Under the pieces are notes generated by a model. The model saw only the letters and a program-made list of their open reading frames with translations, searched no databases and had not been told where the DNA came from. A stretch of DNA of 64,000 bases from Raillietiella orientalis (Eukaryota). The position numbers and the translations under genes are program-made. This document shows positions 62,890 through 64,000 of the stretch, one piece after another (the first letter of the stretch is position 1; every line of letters starts with the position of its first letter). Location of the stretch: positions 3,224,001-3,288,000 of the forward strand of contig JAYWIR010000017.1 in the NCBI GenBank assembly GCA_036172245.1, read 5' to 3'.

Positions 62890-64000
62890 CAGGTGAGCAG
62901 AAATCTTTATCTCTTCGAGAGAAACGCTCAAGGCGTTCGGGCGCAAGAGCAAGAGCTGTTTGCCAGCGCCGAGTCGTCCTAGGAGTGCTGTGCGGCGGGA
63001 ACATCCTCGCAGGTCCCATCCAGCAGACTCGCAAAAGCTCTTGCATTCTGAAGAGGGTCCCTGCAACGCTACGAAGAGATCCAGATCTCCTGAAGCTTCT
63101 TTGATCTTCGCCGAACGAACGCATTTTTTTTTTTGTTTTTTGCACGTAGCAGTGCCCGTGGCGATGGACAGGAAGCGGAGCGCTCGCAGCTTCCTGAACA
63201 GAATCGAGACGGTTCCGGACGGAAGCAGGCTCCTGACCGTTGTCAGCCATCGACAGGGTCTTCGCGCGCGGCACCGCGGACGTCAGAAGCATGAGCGGGT
63301 CAACGGTCACAGGACTGCACGGCTGCTCAGGAGCCACGGCCCTGGGGCATCTTCCCGTCAATGACCTCCTCCGAGAGGGTGTCGCCCGAAGGAGACCCCT
63401 CACCAGCAGTCCACGAGACGAGGGCCTTCTCGGGAGTCCAGGAGTATGGAGGCATCGCGATCGTCGAGGCCATGAACCTGCACGGGTGGGCTCAGCAGGG
63501 ATCGACCAGGAGTTTCTCCGAACGACGGAAAGGATGCTTTAGGTGACATCAATGTAAGTGTCCTGGTCCTGAGGACGATGGCTTCCCTGGAGATGCCCTG
63601 CTGTCAACGGACTCCAGCCGAGATCACGGTCCACCGGATTTCCTGGTGAAGGCAAAGGGGGGATGAAAAGTCTCTCTTCCTATGGACTCGAGCGAGCTCC
63701 TTGGCTTCACTCTTCAGCTCGAATAGACAGCGCATTCTAGATGCCAGCGTGGAACACACCGTCTTGAGATCATTCGATCAGCCGAAGAACCTGTGAGAAG
63801 GAAGTCCTTCCCAAATGAAGGACTCAGCTGGGAGACGTCAGATCGGTGGACGGGACGTTCGTCCGTGGTTAACGTGGTCAACTACTTCATCCTCTATTCC
63901 AGTTACGCGCGCTTTGAGGAAGGCTCAAGAGACCACAAAGACCGCCCCCGCGAGAAGCGGATGATTCTTCCTCTCAAAGATGAGATCTGCTGACGTACAG
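62890..64000 (+). mobile_element. L1/Tx1-like endonuclease remnant running off the window
   Basis: LFERNAQGVR (WNxxGxR), GVWRHRDRRGHEP..SAGID (DVWR..FTW..SRID), KGG*KVSL (GxWKxNxSL). Confidence 0.55.

Noticed and set aside
62612..63403. 263-aa minus-strand ORF as a gene
   Set aside because: It is antisense to an endonuclease remnant in GC-rich TE DNA and has no recognisable domain.
1..64000. CRISPR arrays, rRNA/tRNA genes, prokaryotic operons
   Set aside because: No regularly spaced repeats or recognisable RNA genes were seen by eye; spliceosomal introns and LINEs show the DNA is eukaryotic.

Overview
This is eukaryotic, probably invertebrate metazoan, genomic DNA. It contains one well-supported host gene: a spliced minus-strand RSPH3 (radial spoke head protein 3) at ~25.4-33.6 kb. 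The gene has 45-69 nt micro-introns and a ~270-aa low-complexity first coding exon. It is flanked by decayed transposable elements. Bases 1-23 kb are a dense nest of L1/Tx1-clade non-LTR retrotransposon fragments plus a TA-flanked pogo/Tigger-like element (6938-9019). Bases 39.6-54.0 kb are bracketed by ~315-bp TA-flanked inverted repeats enclosing a decayed Tc1/mariner-type transposase and several LINE remnants. Bases 54-64 kb hold L2-like and further Tx1-like remnants. Three observations stand out. (i) Four Tx1-like 3' ends from two subfamilies share a structured terminus (stem-loop with STGYGT loop, second hairpin, AAYAAACG, CCCGG..CCGGG hairpin); the three with candidate TSDs end 5-14 nt later with no poly(A). 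(ii) A composite insertion made of two opposed 3' ends from different subfamilies sits inside one perfect 14-bp TSD. (iii) A possible 14.4-kb long-TIR DNA transposon. All TE domain calls come from manual motif recognition in frameshifted, stop-riddled sequence; no database search was run.
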